This document shows, one piece after another, positions 37,251 through 46,267 of a DNA stretch of 64,000 bases (positions are counted from its first letter, which is position 1; every line of letters starts with the position of its first letter). The position numbers and the translations under genes are program-made. This DNA comes from Bacteroidales bacterium (GTDB lineage: Bacteria > Bacteroidota > Bacteroidia > Bacteroidales > VadinHA17). The notes beneath the pieces were generated by a model. The model was given only the letters and a program-made list of their open reading frames with translations. It had not been told where the DNA came from and did not search any database. The DNA lies in assembly GCA_036261265.1 (NCBI GenBank), contig DATALC010000105.1:906-64905 (forward strand), given 5' to 3'.

Positions 37251-38953
37251 TGGCACGGCTTACTAAAAATAATCCGGGGAAAGTAGCCTTTTACAGGCTG
37301 ATAATGATAATTATAGCGATTCTGATAATCGCATCGGCCTTATCTGTTCTTAAAGTCAGGATCGACCTCACTGAAGATAACCGCTACACTCTCTCAAAGC
37401 CTACCAAAAAGATTTTATCATCCCTGAAAAACGATATTTATATACAGGTTTATCTGGAGGGAGATATGCCAATACCACTTAAACGTCTCAGGAGATCTGT
37501 AATGGATATCCTCGAGGAATTCAGGATCTATTCGGGCAGAAAAGTCGACTTCAGCTTCATAAATCCTTCAGGCGGTGAAACCGATGAACAGAGGAACAGT
37601 ATGTATGAGTCGCTCGTTAATAAGGGACTTTCACCTACACGTCTGCAGGCTGAAGATAAGGAAGGCGGATCATCGCAGAGAATTATATTCCCGGGAATGA
37701 TAGTTAATTATAACGGAGTCGAGGTGCCAGTCAATTTTCTGAAGAATAATTTCTCGATGACAACAGATCAGAATATACTTCGTGCATCTGAAAGCCTCGA
37801 ATATGAAATAATTCAAACTATTTCAACATTAAGCTCAGACTCTGTTAAGCGAGTAGCCTTTATTGAAGGGCATTCTGAAATTCCGGAGATCGCGACTGCT
37901 GATATTACTTATGATCTTGCAAAGTTTTTTACTATCGACAGGGGAATGATCAACGGTAAGCCCGGGTCGCTTGAAAAATACTCAGCTGTTATTATCGCCG
38001 GTCCGCAAAGGGAGTTTACGGAAGCCGACAAATTCGTGATTGATCAGTACATTATGCAGGGAGGAAGGGCGCTCTGGCTTGTTGACGAAGTCTATGTGAA
38101 CGCAGACAGCCTGTCGGTTGGGGAAACTGCAGCCCTGTACAGACCACTTAATATTGAGGATCAGCTTTTCAGGTATGGCGCAAGGGTGAACCCTGAGATA
38201 GTTCAGGATGCGAATTGCCAGATCATCAGGCTTAAAGTAATAGGAAGCAATGGCAATCAACAGTACGTGCCTATGCCCTGGATCTATTATCCTTTGCTTA
38301 TACCTTCAGCTAAACATCCCCTGACACGGAACCTTAACAGGGTAAAAGGTGAGTTCACAAATTATATAGATACTGTTGGACTTGATAAAGCGATCAGGAA
38401 AGAGGTGCTTCTTACTACCTCCGATTTCAGCAGAACCCTGGCTCCGCCTGTACTTATTAGTCTGCGGGAGTCAGAGCGACTTCCCGATGAGAGTGAGTTC
38501 AAAAAGTCAAGGCTTCCTGTAGCAGTTCTTCTTGAAGGCGTATTCCCGTCAGTCTTTAAGAACAGGGTTATAAATGATATTGTTCCCGGAAAGGTCAGCT
38601 TCAAAAATGAGAGCACAGATACAAAGATGATCGTAGTAGCAGATGCCGATATAATACAAAATGGTGTGAGAAGAACGGCATCAGGTGAGGTCCCTCTTCC
38701 ACTCGGGCAGGACAGGTATACAGGAGAAGTATACGGAAATACTGATTTTATTGTCAATTGCGTTAATTACCTTACCGATGATAAAGGCTTGATGCAACTT
38801 CGTTCACGTGAGCTTAAGATCAGGCTGCTCGATAAATCAAAGGTCAGAAATGAGAGAATGAAATGGCAGATCATAAATATATTCGGACCTGTTTTGCTTG
38901 TTATTATTTCCGGACTTATTTATAATTATCTGAGAAAAAGAAAGTACGCCTGA
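37235..38953 (+). CDS. gldG: Gliding-motility-associated ABC transporter accessory protein GldG
   Basis: 572 aa with N- and C-terminal TM anchors and a large periplasmic ABC_transp_aux domain. It overlaps gldF by 16 nt, the canonical gldFG arrangement. Confidence 0.82.
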   Translation: MEEQMMARLTKNNPGKVAFYRLIMIIIAILIIASALSVLKVRIDLTEDNRYTLSKPTKKILSSLKNDIYIQVYLEGDMPIPLKRLRRSVMDILEEFRIYSGRKVDFSFINPSGGETDEQRNSMYESLVNKGLSPTRLQAEDKEGGSSQRIIFPGMIVNYNGVEVPVNFLKNNFSMTTDQNILRASESLEYEIIQTISTLSSDSVKRVAFIEGHSEIPEIATADITYDLAKFFTIDRGMINGKPGSLEKYSAVIIAGPQREFTEADKFVIDQYIMQGGRALWLVDEVYVNADSLSVGETAALYRPLNIEDQLFRYGARVNPEIVQDANCQIIRLKVIGSNGNQQYVPMPWIYYPLLIPSAKHPLTRNLNRVKGEFTNYIDTVGLDKAIRKEVLLTTSDFSRTLAPPVLISLRESERLPDESEFKKSRLPVAVLLEGVFPSVFKNRVINDIVPGKVSFKNESTDTKMIVVADADIIQNGVRRTASGEVPLPLGQDRYTGEVYGNTDFIVNCVNYLTDDKGLMQLRSRELKIRLLDKSKVRNERMKWQIINIFGPVLLVIISGLIYNYLRKRKYA

Positions 38954-38989
38954 GAATTGCTTCCTTTCAATATTTCTCTGAGACTAAAT

Positions 38990-39946
38990 ATGAAAAAATT
39001 CCCTGTCTGGATAGTTTCGATATTAGTGATTTCGTTCATTGTTATTTTATTAACAATGAAACATTCACCTTTTGGCAAAAAAAATACCTCATTTGCATCA
39101 AACCCGAAAAATAGCATTACAAGGATAGTCTTTATGCACGGGAAAGAAGAATTGACCTTAGAAAATAAGGATGGTAAATGGATTCTCAATGATAGGTTGC
39201 AGACAAGGAAAAGCAGTATTTCATATATTCTGAATGTCTTAACTGAAATGACGATTAAATCGCCGGTTTCTCCTGAACTGTTCGATACTGTTATAGCATC
39301 GAAGAATATCCTGCCGGTTAGAGTCAGGACATTTGAGGACAGAAATCTGCTAAGTGATTTTCTTGTTTATAAAACTCAGTCGAATATCTATGGGAACATT
39401 ATGAAAACAGGTGAGAGGGCGAAGCCTTTCATAGTCTACGTGCCAGGGCATGACAGTGACATTGGTTCGGTTTTTAACATGAATGAACTATACTGGCAAC
39501 CATATACAATATTCAACCTTCTGCCGTCTGAGATCGCATCAGTTGATTTAATAAACAACAACGACAGTACAAACAACTTCAGGATCACCCGAACCGGAAA
39601 AGCTTATAGTCTGAGTGACGGGCATAATACCTTGTCCGGCTGGGATTCAACGCTTGTAAAAAGATATTTCAGCTATTTTACTTTCATTCCATTTGAGTCA
39701 TGGGCATCTGACATGAGTGTTCATGAAAAAGCCAGGATAATATCCGGCCGTCCTGCATTTCATATTTCAGTTAAAACTGCAGAAGGTGCAATACAGAATC
39801 TTTCACTCTGGACAAGAACAAAGAGTGACGGTTCGGCCGACAGTGACAGGCTATATGGGAAGACTGATGCATCAGATGAATTATTCATTGTAAGGTATTA
39901 TGATATTGATCCTGTACTGAAAAAACGGGAGTATTTTTTTAATTAA
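38990..39946 (+). CDS. DUF4340-like protein, membrane-anchored
   Basis: Start MKKFPVWIVSILVISFIVILL (ATG 38990). It lies immediately after gldG, the usual position of DUF4340 proteins. The family name is from memory. Confidence 0.65.
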   Translation: MKKFPVWIVSILVISFIVILLTMKHSPFGKKNTSFASNPKNSITRIVFMHGKEELTLENKDGKWILNDRLQTRKSSISYILNVLTEMTIKSPVSPELFDTVIASKNILPVRVRTFEDRNLLSDFLVYKTQSNIYGNIMKTGERAKPFIVYVPGHDSDIGSVFNMNELYWQPYTIFNLLPSEIASVDLINNNDSTNNFRITRTGKAYSLSDGHNTLSGWDSTLVKRYFSYFTFIPFESWASDMSVHEKARIISGRPAFHISVKTAEGAIQNLSLWTRTKSDGSADSDRLYGKTDASDELFIVRYYDIDPVLKKREYFFN

Positions 39947-39954
39947 TAGATCAA

Positions 39955-39974
39955 CGAGGCAACAGTTTCTGCCT
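39955..39974 (+). terminator. Weak hairpin after the gldFG block
   Basis: GAGGCA-8 nt-TGCCTC, 9 nt after the stop codon, with no T tract. Confidence 0.25.
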
Positions 39975-40160
39975 CATCAGCAAAACGGAAATTGTTAATT
40001 TCAGGGTTGATCATATGTCGATATCTTTTATTTCCCGGAATAGATTTTTTTTGTAATATTGGTATCCCGGAAAGATTAAAATAATTGCTTTTAACCGCTT
40101 CGGTCACATTAACTTAGAAATTTGAAAAATCAACATAAACCAACTTAAAACGGCATTGTC

Positions 40161-41291
40161 ATGAAATTTGTAGTATCCAGTTCGGAACTTCTGGGGCATC
40201 TGCAGTCAATAAGCAGGGTCATCAGCTCAAAAAATACACTTCCCATTCTCGATAATTTCCTTTTCAACCTTTCCGGGAATGATCTTGAGATAACTGCTTC
40301 CGACCTTGAGTCAACGCTTATAACCCGTATGAAACTCGAGAATACTGATGGTACAGGTACAATTGCTCTACCTGCAAGGATACTTCTCGATACACTTAAA
40401 GAATTCTCGGTTCAGCCATTGACATTCGATATCAATATGGACACAATGGCAGTTGTTATCAGCTCTGAAAACGGAAAATTCAATGTTGTTGGTCAGAATG
40501 GGATTGATTTTCCTGCACTTCCCGCGATACGCAGGGAAAAGCTGATGACGTTCAATATTAACGCCGATGTGCTTCTCTCAGGTATTTCAAGGACGCTGTT
40601 TGCTACTGCAGACGATGAACTAAGGCCTGTTATGGGCGGGATATTTGTTGAGGCAGCCACAGATAAGATAACATTCGTTGCTTCCGATGCTCATAAGCTT
40701 GTCCGTTATCAGAGGACAGACGCTCATGCAGATGATAATGCATCTTTTATACTGCCTAAAAAGCCGGCCTCTCTGCTTAAAAATATCCTCCCTAAGGAAG
40801 AAGGATCCGTGACTGTCGAATTCGATGATAAGAATGCATTCTTCAATCTCAATAATTATAGGGTCGTATGCAGGCTCGTTGAAGGCAATTATCCAAATTA
40901 TAATTCAGTTATACCGAAGAATAATCCTCAGAAAATTACAATCGACAGGGTAGAGTTTTACAATACGCTGAAAAGAGTGTCTGTGTTCTCTAACCAGGCA
41001 AGTAATCTTGTTAAGCTTCAGCTCAAAGGCAACCAGATGACAGTTTCGGCACAGGATATAGATTTCTCTATATCTGCTTATGAAAGAATAAAATGCCAGT
41101 ATGAAGGTGAACAGATTGAAATTGGATTCAAATCTGTGTTCCTGATTGAAATCCTCTCAAATATAGGTTCTCAGGATGTTATGGTAGAGCTGGCCGATCC
41201 GACAAGGGCTGGTCTCTTCCTCCCCGTTGCTACCGAAAATGAATCGGAGGACCTTCTGATGCTTCTTATGCCAATGATGATTAACGCCTGA
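40161..41291 (+). CDS. dnaN: DNA polymerase III beta sliding clamp
   Basis: 376 aa with MKFVVSSSELLGHLQSISRVISSKNTLPILDNFLF and C-terminal LLMPMMI. Confidence 0.95.
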   Translation: MKFVVSSSELLGHLQSISRVISSKNTLPILDNFLFNLSGNDLEITASDLESTLITRMKLENTDGTGTIALPARILLDTLKEFSVQPLTFDINMDTMAVVISSENGKFNVVGQNGIDFPALPAIRREKLMTFNINADVLLSGISRTLFATADDELRPVMGGIFVEAATDKITFVASDAHKLVRYQRTDAHADDNASFILPKKPASLLKNILPKEEGSVTVEFDDKNAFFNLNNYRVVCRLVEGNYPNYNSVIPKNNPQKITIDRVEFYNTLKRVSVFSNQASNLVKLQLKGNQMTVSAQDIDFSISAYERIKCQYEGEQIEIGFKSVFLIEILSNIGSQDVMVELADPTRAGLFLPVATENESEDLLMLLMPMMINA

Positions 41292-41295
41292 TATT

Positions 41296-42069
41296 TTGGA
41301 GCTGATTTTAAAGAAACCGATTGCCTTCATTGATCTTGAGACTACAGGGATCAACGTTACATCGGATCGTATTGTAGAGTTTTCTGTTTTGAAGATCACG
41401 CCTAACGGGAAGGAAGACTGGTATTCAGGAAGGCTGAACCCCGAGATGCCTATACCTCCAAAAAGTACTGCTATTCATGGCATCAAAGATGAGGATGTTG
41501 CGGATTGTCCGACCTTCAGGGAAGTAGCAAGGAATCTTTCTGCATTCCTTGAAGGTTGCGACCTGGCTGGCTATAATGCAATAAAGTTCGACATACCTGT
41601 GCTCGCAGAAGAATTCCTCCGCGCAAATATCGATTTCAGCTTCAGGAAACGCCGCTATGTGGATGTACAGGTGATATTTCACAAGAAGGAACAAAGGACT
41701 CTTGCGGCAGCGTATCTGTTCTACTGCAAGAAGGAGCTTGAAGGAGCTCACGGAGCGAAAGCTGACACTGCAGCAACTTTCGAGGTTCTGAAATGCCAGC
41801 TCGACAGGTATAAGGATCTTCCAAATGATATGGAGAAGCTTGCCGATTATAGTTCATTCAACAATAATGTTGATTTTGCCGGCAGGATAATTCTTGATGA
41901 TAAAGGAATTGAGATATTTAATTTCGGAAAGCATAAAGGGAAATCTGTTGAAGCTGTTTTTACAGAAGAACCGTCATACTACTCCTGGATGATGAACGGG
42001 GAATTTCCTTTATATACAAAGAAGATAATAACTGAGATCAAGCTTCGTTCCTTCGGAAAAAAGCAATAA
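41296..42069 (+). CDS. DnaQ-like 3'-5' exonuclease
   Basis: 257 aa with ExoI FIDLETTG, ExoII GYNAIKFDIPVL and ExoIII HGAKADTAATFEV. It has a TTG start 4 nt after the dnaN stop. Confidence 0.85.
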   Translation: MELILKKPIAFIDLETTGINVTSDRIVEFSVLKITPNGKEDWYSGRLNPEMPIPPKSTAIHGIKDEDVADCPTFREVARNLSAFLEGCDLAGYNAIKFDIPVLAEEFLRANIDFSFRKRRYVDVQVIFHKKEQRTLAAAYLFYCKKELEGAHGAKADTAATFEVLKCQLDRYKDLPNDMEKLADYSSFNNNVDFAGRIILDDKGIEIFNFGKHKGKSVEAVFTEEPSYYSWMMNGEFPLYTKKIITEIKLRSFGKKQ

Positions 42070-42070
42070 C

Positions 42071-42682
42071 ATGAAAGTAATCTGCATCGGGCTGAATTAC
42101 AGGAAGCATGCAGCCGAACTGGGGTGGAAGCTTCCCGATGAACCAGTCGTTTTCCTTAAGCCTGATTCTGCACTTCTTAAGAAAAATAAGCCTTTTTTCC
42201 TTCCTGACTTTTCAGATAATATTCAGTACGAAGTTGAGATTGTTATTAAGATAACAAAGCTTGGGAAAGGTATAGAGGCAAGATTCGCGCACAGGTATTA
42301 TGATGAAATATCAATTGGAATAGATATTACAGCCCGTGATATTCAGAGCCGTAACGCAAAAGCAGGCATGCCCTGGGAGCTTTCAAAATGTTTCGACGGC
42401 GCTGCACCTGTGGGAGAATTCATTCCTGTAAGCAGTGTCAAAGATGTTCTCAATCTTGATTTTAGCCTGGATATAAACGGTAAAACCGTTCAAAGCAGCA
42501 ACAGTGCCGACATGATCTTCAATATAAACTATCTGATTGAATATGTCTCCCGTTATTTCACTCTGAAGACAGGCGATCTAATATTTACAGGCACGCCCCC
42601 GGGAGTTGGAAAGCTCAACAGGAATGATAATCTTGTTGCTTATCTTGACGGAAGACCGCTGCTTGACTTCACGATAAAATAA
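42071..42682 (+). CDS. Fumarylacetoacetate hydrolase (FAH) family protein
   Basis: 203 aa with KVICIGLNYRKHAAE, EVEIVIKI and GDLIFTGTPPGVG. Confidence 0.9.
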   Translation: MKVICIGLNYRKHAAELGWKLPDEPVVFLKPDSALLKKNKPFFLPDFSDNIQYEVEIVIKITKLGKGIEARFAHRYYDEISIGIDITARDIQSRNAKAGMPWELSKCFDGAAPVGEFIPVSSVKDVLNLDFSLDINGKTVQSSNSADMIFNINYLIEYVSRYFTLKTGDLIFTGTPPGVGKLNRNDNLVAYLDGRPLLDFTIK

Positions 42683-42823
42683 ATCAACTGAGACTGGTTA
42701 TTGTTGCGACAATTAACCGGTTCCACATTTTCATAAGCATTGCCTGTAATCTGACACATTAAACCCTTTCAGGGTTTCTGATCAGTTTCTATCATTTAAC
42801 CCCGGATTTGCATCCGGTTATTC

Positions 42824-43200
42824 ACATTAAGCCACTTCGTGGCTGAAATCCATATAAACTTCCTATGGCCGGGAAAGAAAATCAGGCTGTAATTACAATT
42901 CGTTCGGAACACAGGTATATAATCGGGAGAAGTTATGATAGCCGCTCTGAAGGAGCGGTATGTGAACAATCCACGTGCAAACCGGGGGTATATGTAATAG
43001 AATGAAACTCCAGCTCTGAAGAAGCTGGATGTGAAAGAGCATGACATTAAGCCCACTTCGTGGCTGAAATCCAAATAAACTATCTATGGCTGAGAAGGCT
43101 TATCAGGTTCCGCTCTGAAGGAGCGGTATGTGAATAACCCCCGGTGCCAACCGGGGGTTGTTCGCTCACTCAGCTAAACAGCTCTGAAGGAGCTGAATGT
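42824..43200. repeat. Tandem duplication of a multi-hairpin module (period about 220 bp)
   Basis: Module A starts at 42824 and module B at 43044. Both begin ACATTAAGCC(C)ACTTCGTGGCTGAAATCCA and contain CCGCTCTGAAGGAGCGGTATGTGAA. Each is followed by a related (C)CAGCTCTGAAG(A/G)AGCTG(G) hairpin. Module A carries a roughly 52-bp insertion. Confidence 0.85.
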
Positions 43201-43256
43201 ATGTGCATTTGCCAGCCAAAGGAGATCGGAGGTCTCAAGAGACTCAAATAAAAATA

Positions 43257-45446
43257 CTAATTGAACCAGTATGAGACCTTGAACACAAGTCCGCGGTTTT
43301 TAACATTGTAATCTCCCGGGAATGAGTTCTCTGTATAAACAATGAAAAGATCTGAAACAGGGGCAAACCGCCACTGGAATCTCATATTCAGGTTGAGGTT
43401 GTCAATCTGGTCATTGTATTGCACAAAGCTTGTCAGGAATAATTTATCAGTAAATGTAAGATCAAGCCTGGGACCAACAAGCACGAACCTTGCGCTGCTA
43501 TACGGCGAGGGAAGCTCGATATCGTTATAGGAGGCTACAACTGCAAGGCTTCCGTATGGCTGAACCCTGTAATACAGTTCTCCGTTCAGAGTCCATTTCG
43601 TTCCATTGTAAAAACCTCCATACCTTGCTGCAGCAAGATAATTGAATGTTTTCCTGTTATCGGATGTGAATGATAATCCCCCTTCGGTCCAGTCGTATTT
43701 TCCCATTATAGGAAGCTGGATGCCTCCGCTGTTGGTCGGATCAAAAGGTGTACGGAGTTTCACGAATACTTCCCTGAAATCTGCCTGGAGAATACTCCTG
43801 TTCAGCCATTCGATCTGGTACAGGAGCTGAACATCCCTATCTGTCAGGGTCATTGTTGAATTATCGAAAAAGAAATCAGATTTAATGCCCGGTCCGTGAT
43901 TGGCTATCTTGCTTGTGGCAGGGTAAAACTTATATTGTACAAAAGGAGTAATTTCGTAATAACCTTTTCTCCTTATATAACCTACCTCAGCAAAATAATC
44001 CTGGCCTACGAGCGACTGGCTCAGGGTTGCTTTTACGTGTTGTGTTGAATATATAATGTTTGTTGCAACTGAAGAACCTTTATAGCTGATACCCCCGGGT
44101 GTAAAAGACTGATGAAGAAATGCCTTGCCCGTCCATCTGTTATCTGCTGTTGCAAGGTTATACTCCAACCCGGCTACACGATTATACCTGAAGCCGTCAG
44201 CAAGTGAATCTCCTGCAACAGATGTCACATCTTTATTTACAATGAAAGCGGTTATGTTCGAATGGCTCGAGACCCGCCTCTGCAAAACAGCTACTGCAAA
44301 GTTACCGCCTGAAACCGCATCTTTCCTGTCGGTTTGTATATCCATTAGCCCGAGCCTCCATTTTGTTCCTATCTTCCCGCTTAATCTTGCTCCTCCAAGC
44401 ACCGGGCTGTTCAAACCAATTCGTCTTGAAAAGAATGGCCTGACATTATCCGTTCCCAGATTAGCGAACAGATCACTGTTTTCAAGGTAAAACTGCCGTT
44501 TCTCGGGAAAGAATAACTCAAACCTGTCGAGGTTGGTTACCTGCCTGTCGACTTCAACCTGCGAGTAATCGGGATTTACTGTAAGATCGAGATTCATCGA
44601 GGTTGAAAGTGTGACCTTTGCATCAAGGCCTGCATTAAGATCAGCCTTACCGGGTTTGAAGCTCTCACCTGCAGTTTTATCCTGTGTTATTTTGGCTGAA
44701 GCGTATGGTATGAGAGAAAATCTTGCCCCGGTGGGAGGTAATGGTTTATCCCAGACAAGTGAACCCGTGAAAGCGAGTGATGCAGTTGCAAATTGTCTTG
44801 GCATCGGCGCCCAGCTTGACTTTTCGTTTATTTTAAGATCCTGTCTGCTGAAATTAATTCCCCATTCGGGAACTCCTTCACTGTACCTCACACTTCTGAA
44901 GGGAATTGCAAACTCAGCCACCCACCTGTCATCATAGTTTTTCACTTCAGATCTCCATTTGATATCCCAGTCGAGGTTGACAGTCCCTCCATTTGCCTGT
45001 ATCCCGTCCCACTGAGCCCCGGCAGGAGATATTCCAAAAGCAAAACCGTTTGTGTAATCACCGTATGTATCTATGAAAACTATGAAATTATCATTTTTCA
45101 TGAAGCTGAAATCTCTTCTGAACGATTCAACCGGCCTTTTCCCGGGAGTGGGATCATAACAAATGATACCAACGAAAAATGTTGTTTCATTATAAGTCAT
45201 TTTAACTTCTGTCCTCGCCGCAGCAAGTCCTGTATCTATCGGTAAAACCCGCCTGAAATCTTTTGCGACATCCGCATCTGCCCATGCAGGCTCATCAAGA
45301 ATACCATCAACTGTTATATTCTCATTTGTCTTAACTATATTGATCCGGTAGTTGTCGCGGTTTATTCCGCGATTCTGGGCAGAAAGGATAGTACTGCACG
45401 AAAAAGCAAGGATAAGTGCAATAGAAACAGGTAGTCTGGACATCAA
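43257..45446 (-). CDS. Outer-membrane protein with CBM9-like N-terminal domain and beta-barrel (DUF5916-like)
   Basis: 729 aa with a signal peptide, DGILDEPAWADA (CBM9-like) and a long beta-strand-rich C-terminus ending VFKVSYWFN. The family name is from memory. Confidence 0.75.
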   Translation of the reverse strand: MMSRLPVSIALILAFSCSTILSAQNRGINRDNYRINIVKTNENITVDGILDEPAWADADVAKDFRRVLPIDTGLAAARTEVKMTYNETTFFVGIICYDPTPGKRPVESFRRDFSFMKNDNFIVFIDTYGDYTNGFAFGISPAGAQWDGIQANGGTVNLDWDIKWRSEVKNYDDRWVAEFAIPFRSVRYSEGVPEWGINFSRQDLKINEKSSWAPMPRQFATASLAFTGSLVWDKPLPPTGARFSLIPYASAKITQDKTAGESFKPGKADLNAGLDAKVTLSTSMNLDLTVNPDYSQVEVDRQVTNLDRFELFFPEKRQFYLENSDLFANLGTDNVRPFFSRRIGLNSPVLGGARLSGKIGTKWRLGLMDIQTDRKDAVSGGNFAVAVLQRRVSSHSNITAFIVNKDVTSVAGDSLADGFRYNRVAGLEYNLATADNRWTGKAFLHQSFTPGGISYKGSSVATNIIYSTQHVKATLSQSLVGQDYFAEVGYIRRKGYYEITPFVQYKFYPATSKIANHGPGIKSDFFFDNSTMTLTDRDVQLLYQIEWLNRSILQADFREVFVKLRTPFDPTNSGGIQLPIMGKYDWTEGGLSFTSDNRKTFNYLAAARYGGFYNGTKWTLNGELYYRVQPYGSLAVVASYNDIELPSPYSSARFVLVGPRLDLTFTDKLFLTSFVQYNDQIDNLNLNMRFQWRFAPVSDLFIVYTENSFPGDYNVKNRGLVFKVSYWFN

Positions 45447-45531
45447 AAAAATTTTGTCCCCAAAATAACAAAAAGATTACTGAATATGGCTTGGGGATTT
45501 ACGTAAATTAGGGCAATAAATATTTTCGGAC

Positions 45532-46266
45532 ATGATAATTGATATAAGCTCTGATGCACAGGAACTTGGTGTTAAGGCTGCCGGTCTGGCAGCATCACGG
45601 ATACTTCGTGCAATCGATGAAAAAGGTGAAGCGCGGATAGCAGTTTCAACAGGAAGCTCTCAGTTTGAGACTCTTCATTCTCTGATTGGGCACAAAATAG
45701 ACTGGAGTAAGGTTGAGATATTTCATCTCGATGAATACATAGGTTTACCTGTGACTCATGCTGCCAGCTTCAGGAAGTATTTATATGAGAGATTCATTAA
45801 TCATATACATCCCCGGAAGTTTCATAGCGTTGATGTTGAAGGCAGCATCCATGAAAGGATTGACACACTTACCCGTGAGATCAGGAAAAAGCCGGTTGAT
45901 TTCGGTCTGATAGGCATTGGGGTTAACGGGCATATTGCATTCAACGATCCTCCTGCCGACTTTAAAACAACTGAGGCATATAAAATTGTGAATCTCGATG
46001 AAGTCTGCAGGAAGCAGCAGGTCGATGAGGGTTGGTTTGGCAGTCTTTCCGAAGTTCCTATGCAGGCAGTCTCAATGACGCCTTATCAGATTATGCAGTG
46101 TTTAACAATAATTTCATGTGTTCCGCATAAGGTGAAGTCATCTGCAATAATGAAAATGCTTTCAAACAGGGTGACAGAAATGGTTCCCGCTACACTTCTG
46201 AAACAACATCCTGATTATCATTTATATATCGACAAAGCTTCTGCCTTTGATATTATTCCATTATGA
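45532..46266 (+). CDS. nagB: Glucosamine-6-phosphate deaminase/isomerase family protein
   Basis: 244 aa with VSTGSSQ, FHLDEYIGLP and GIGVNGHIAFNDP. Confidence 0.82.
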   Translation: MIIDISSDAQELGVKAAGLAASRILRAIDEKGEARIAVSTGSSQFETLHSLIGHKIDWSKVEIFHLDEYIGLPVTHAASFRKYLYERFINHIHPRKFHSVDVEGSIHERIDTLTREIRKKPVDFGLIGIGVNGHIAFNDPPADFKTTEAYKIVNLDEVCRKQQVDEGWFGSLSEVPMQAVSMTPYQIMQCLTIISCVPHKVKSSAIMKMLSNRVTEMVPATLLKQHPDYHLYIDKASAFDIIPL

Positions 46267-46267
46267 A

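Noticed and set aside
39947-40160. Replication origin next to dnaN
   Set aside because: There is no dnaA gene adjacent, and I saw no TTATCCACA-type DnaA boxes and no AT-rich unwinding repeats. dnaN sits in the middle of a long co-directional gene block.
42796-43074. 92-aa minus-strand ORF inside the hairpin-module spacer
   Set aside because: It spans repeated hairpins and the module duplication. It shows no coding periodicity and no recognisable domain, and the second module copy is not in the same frame.
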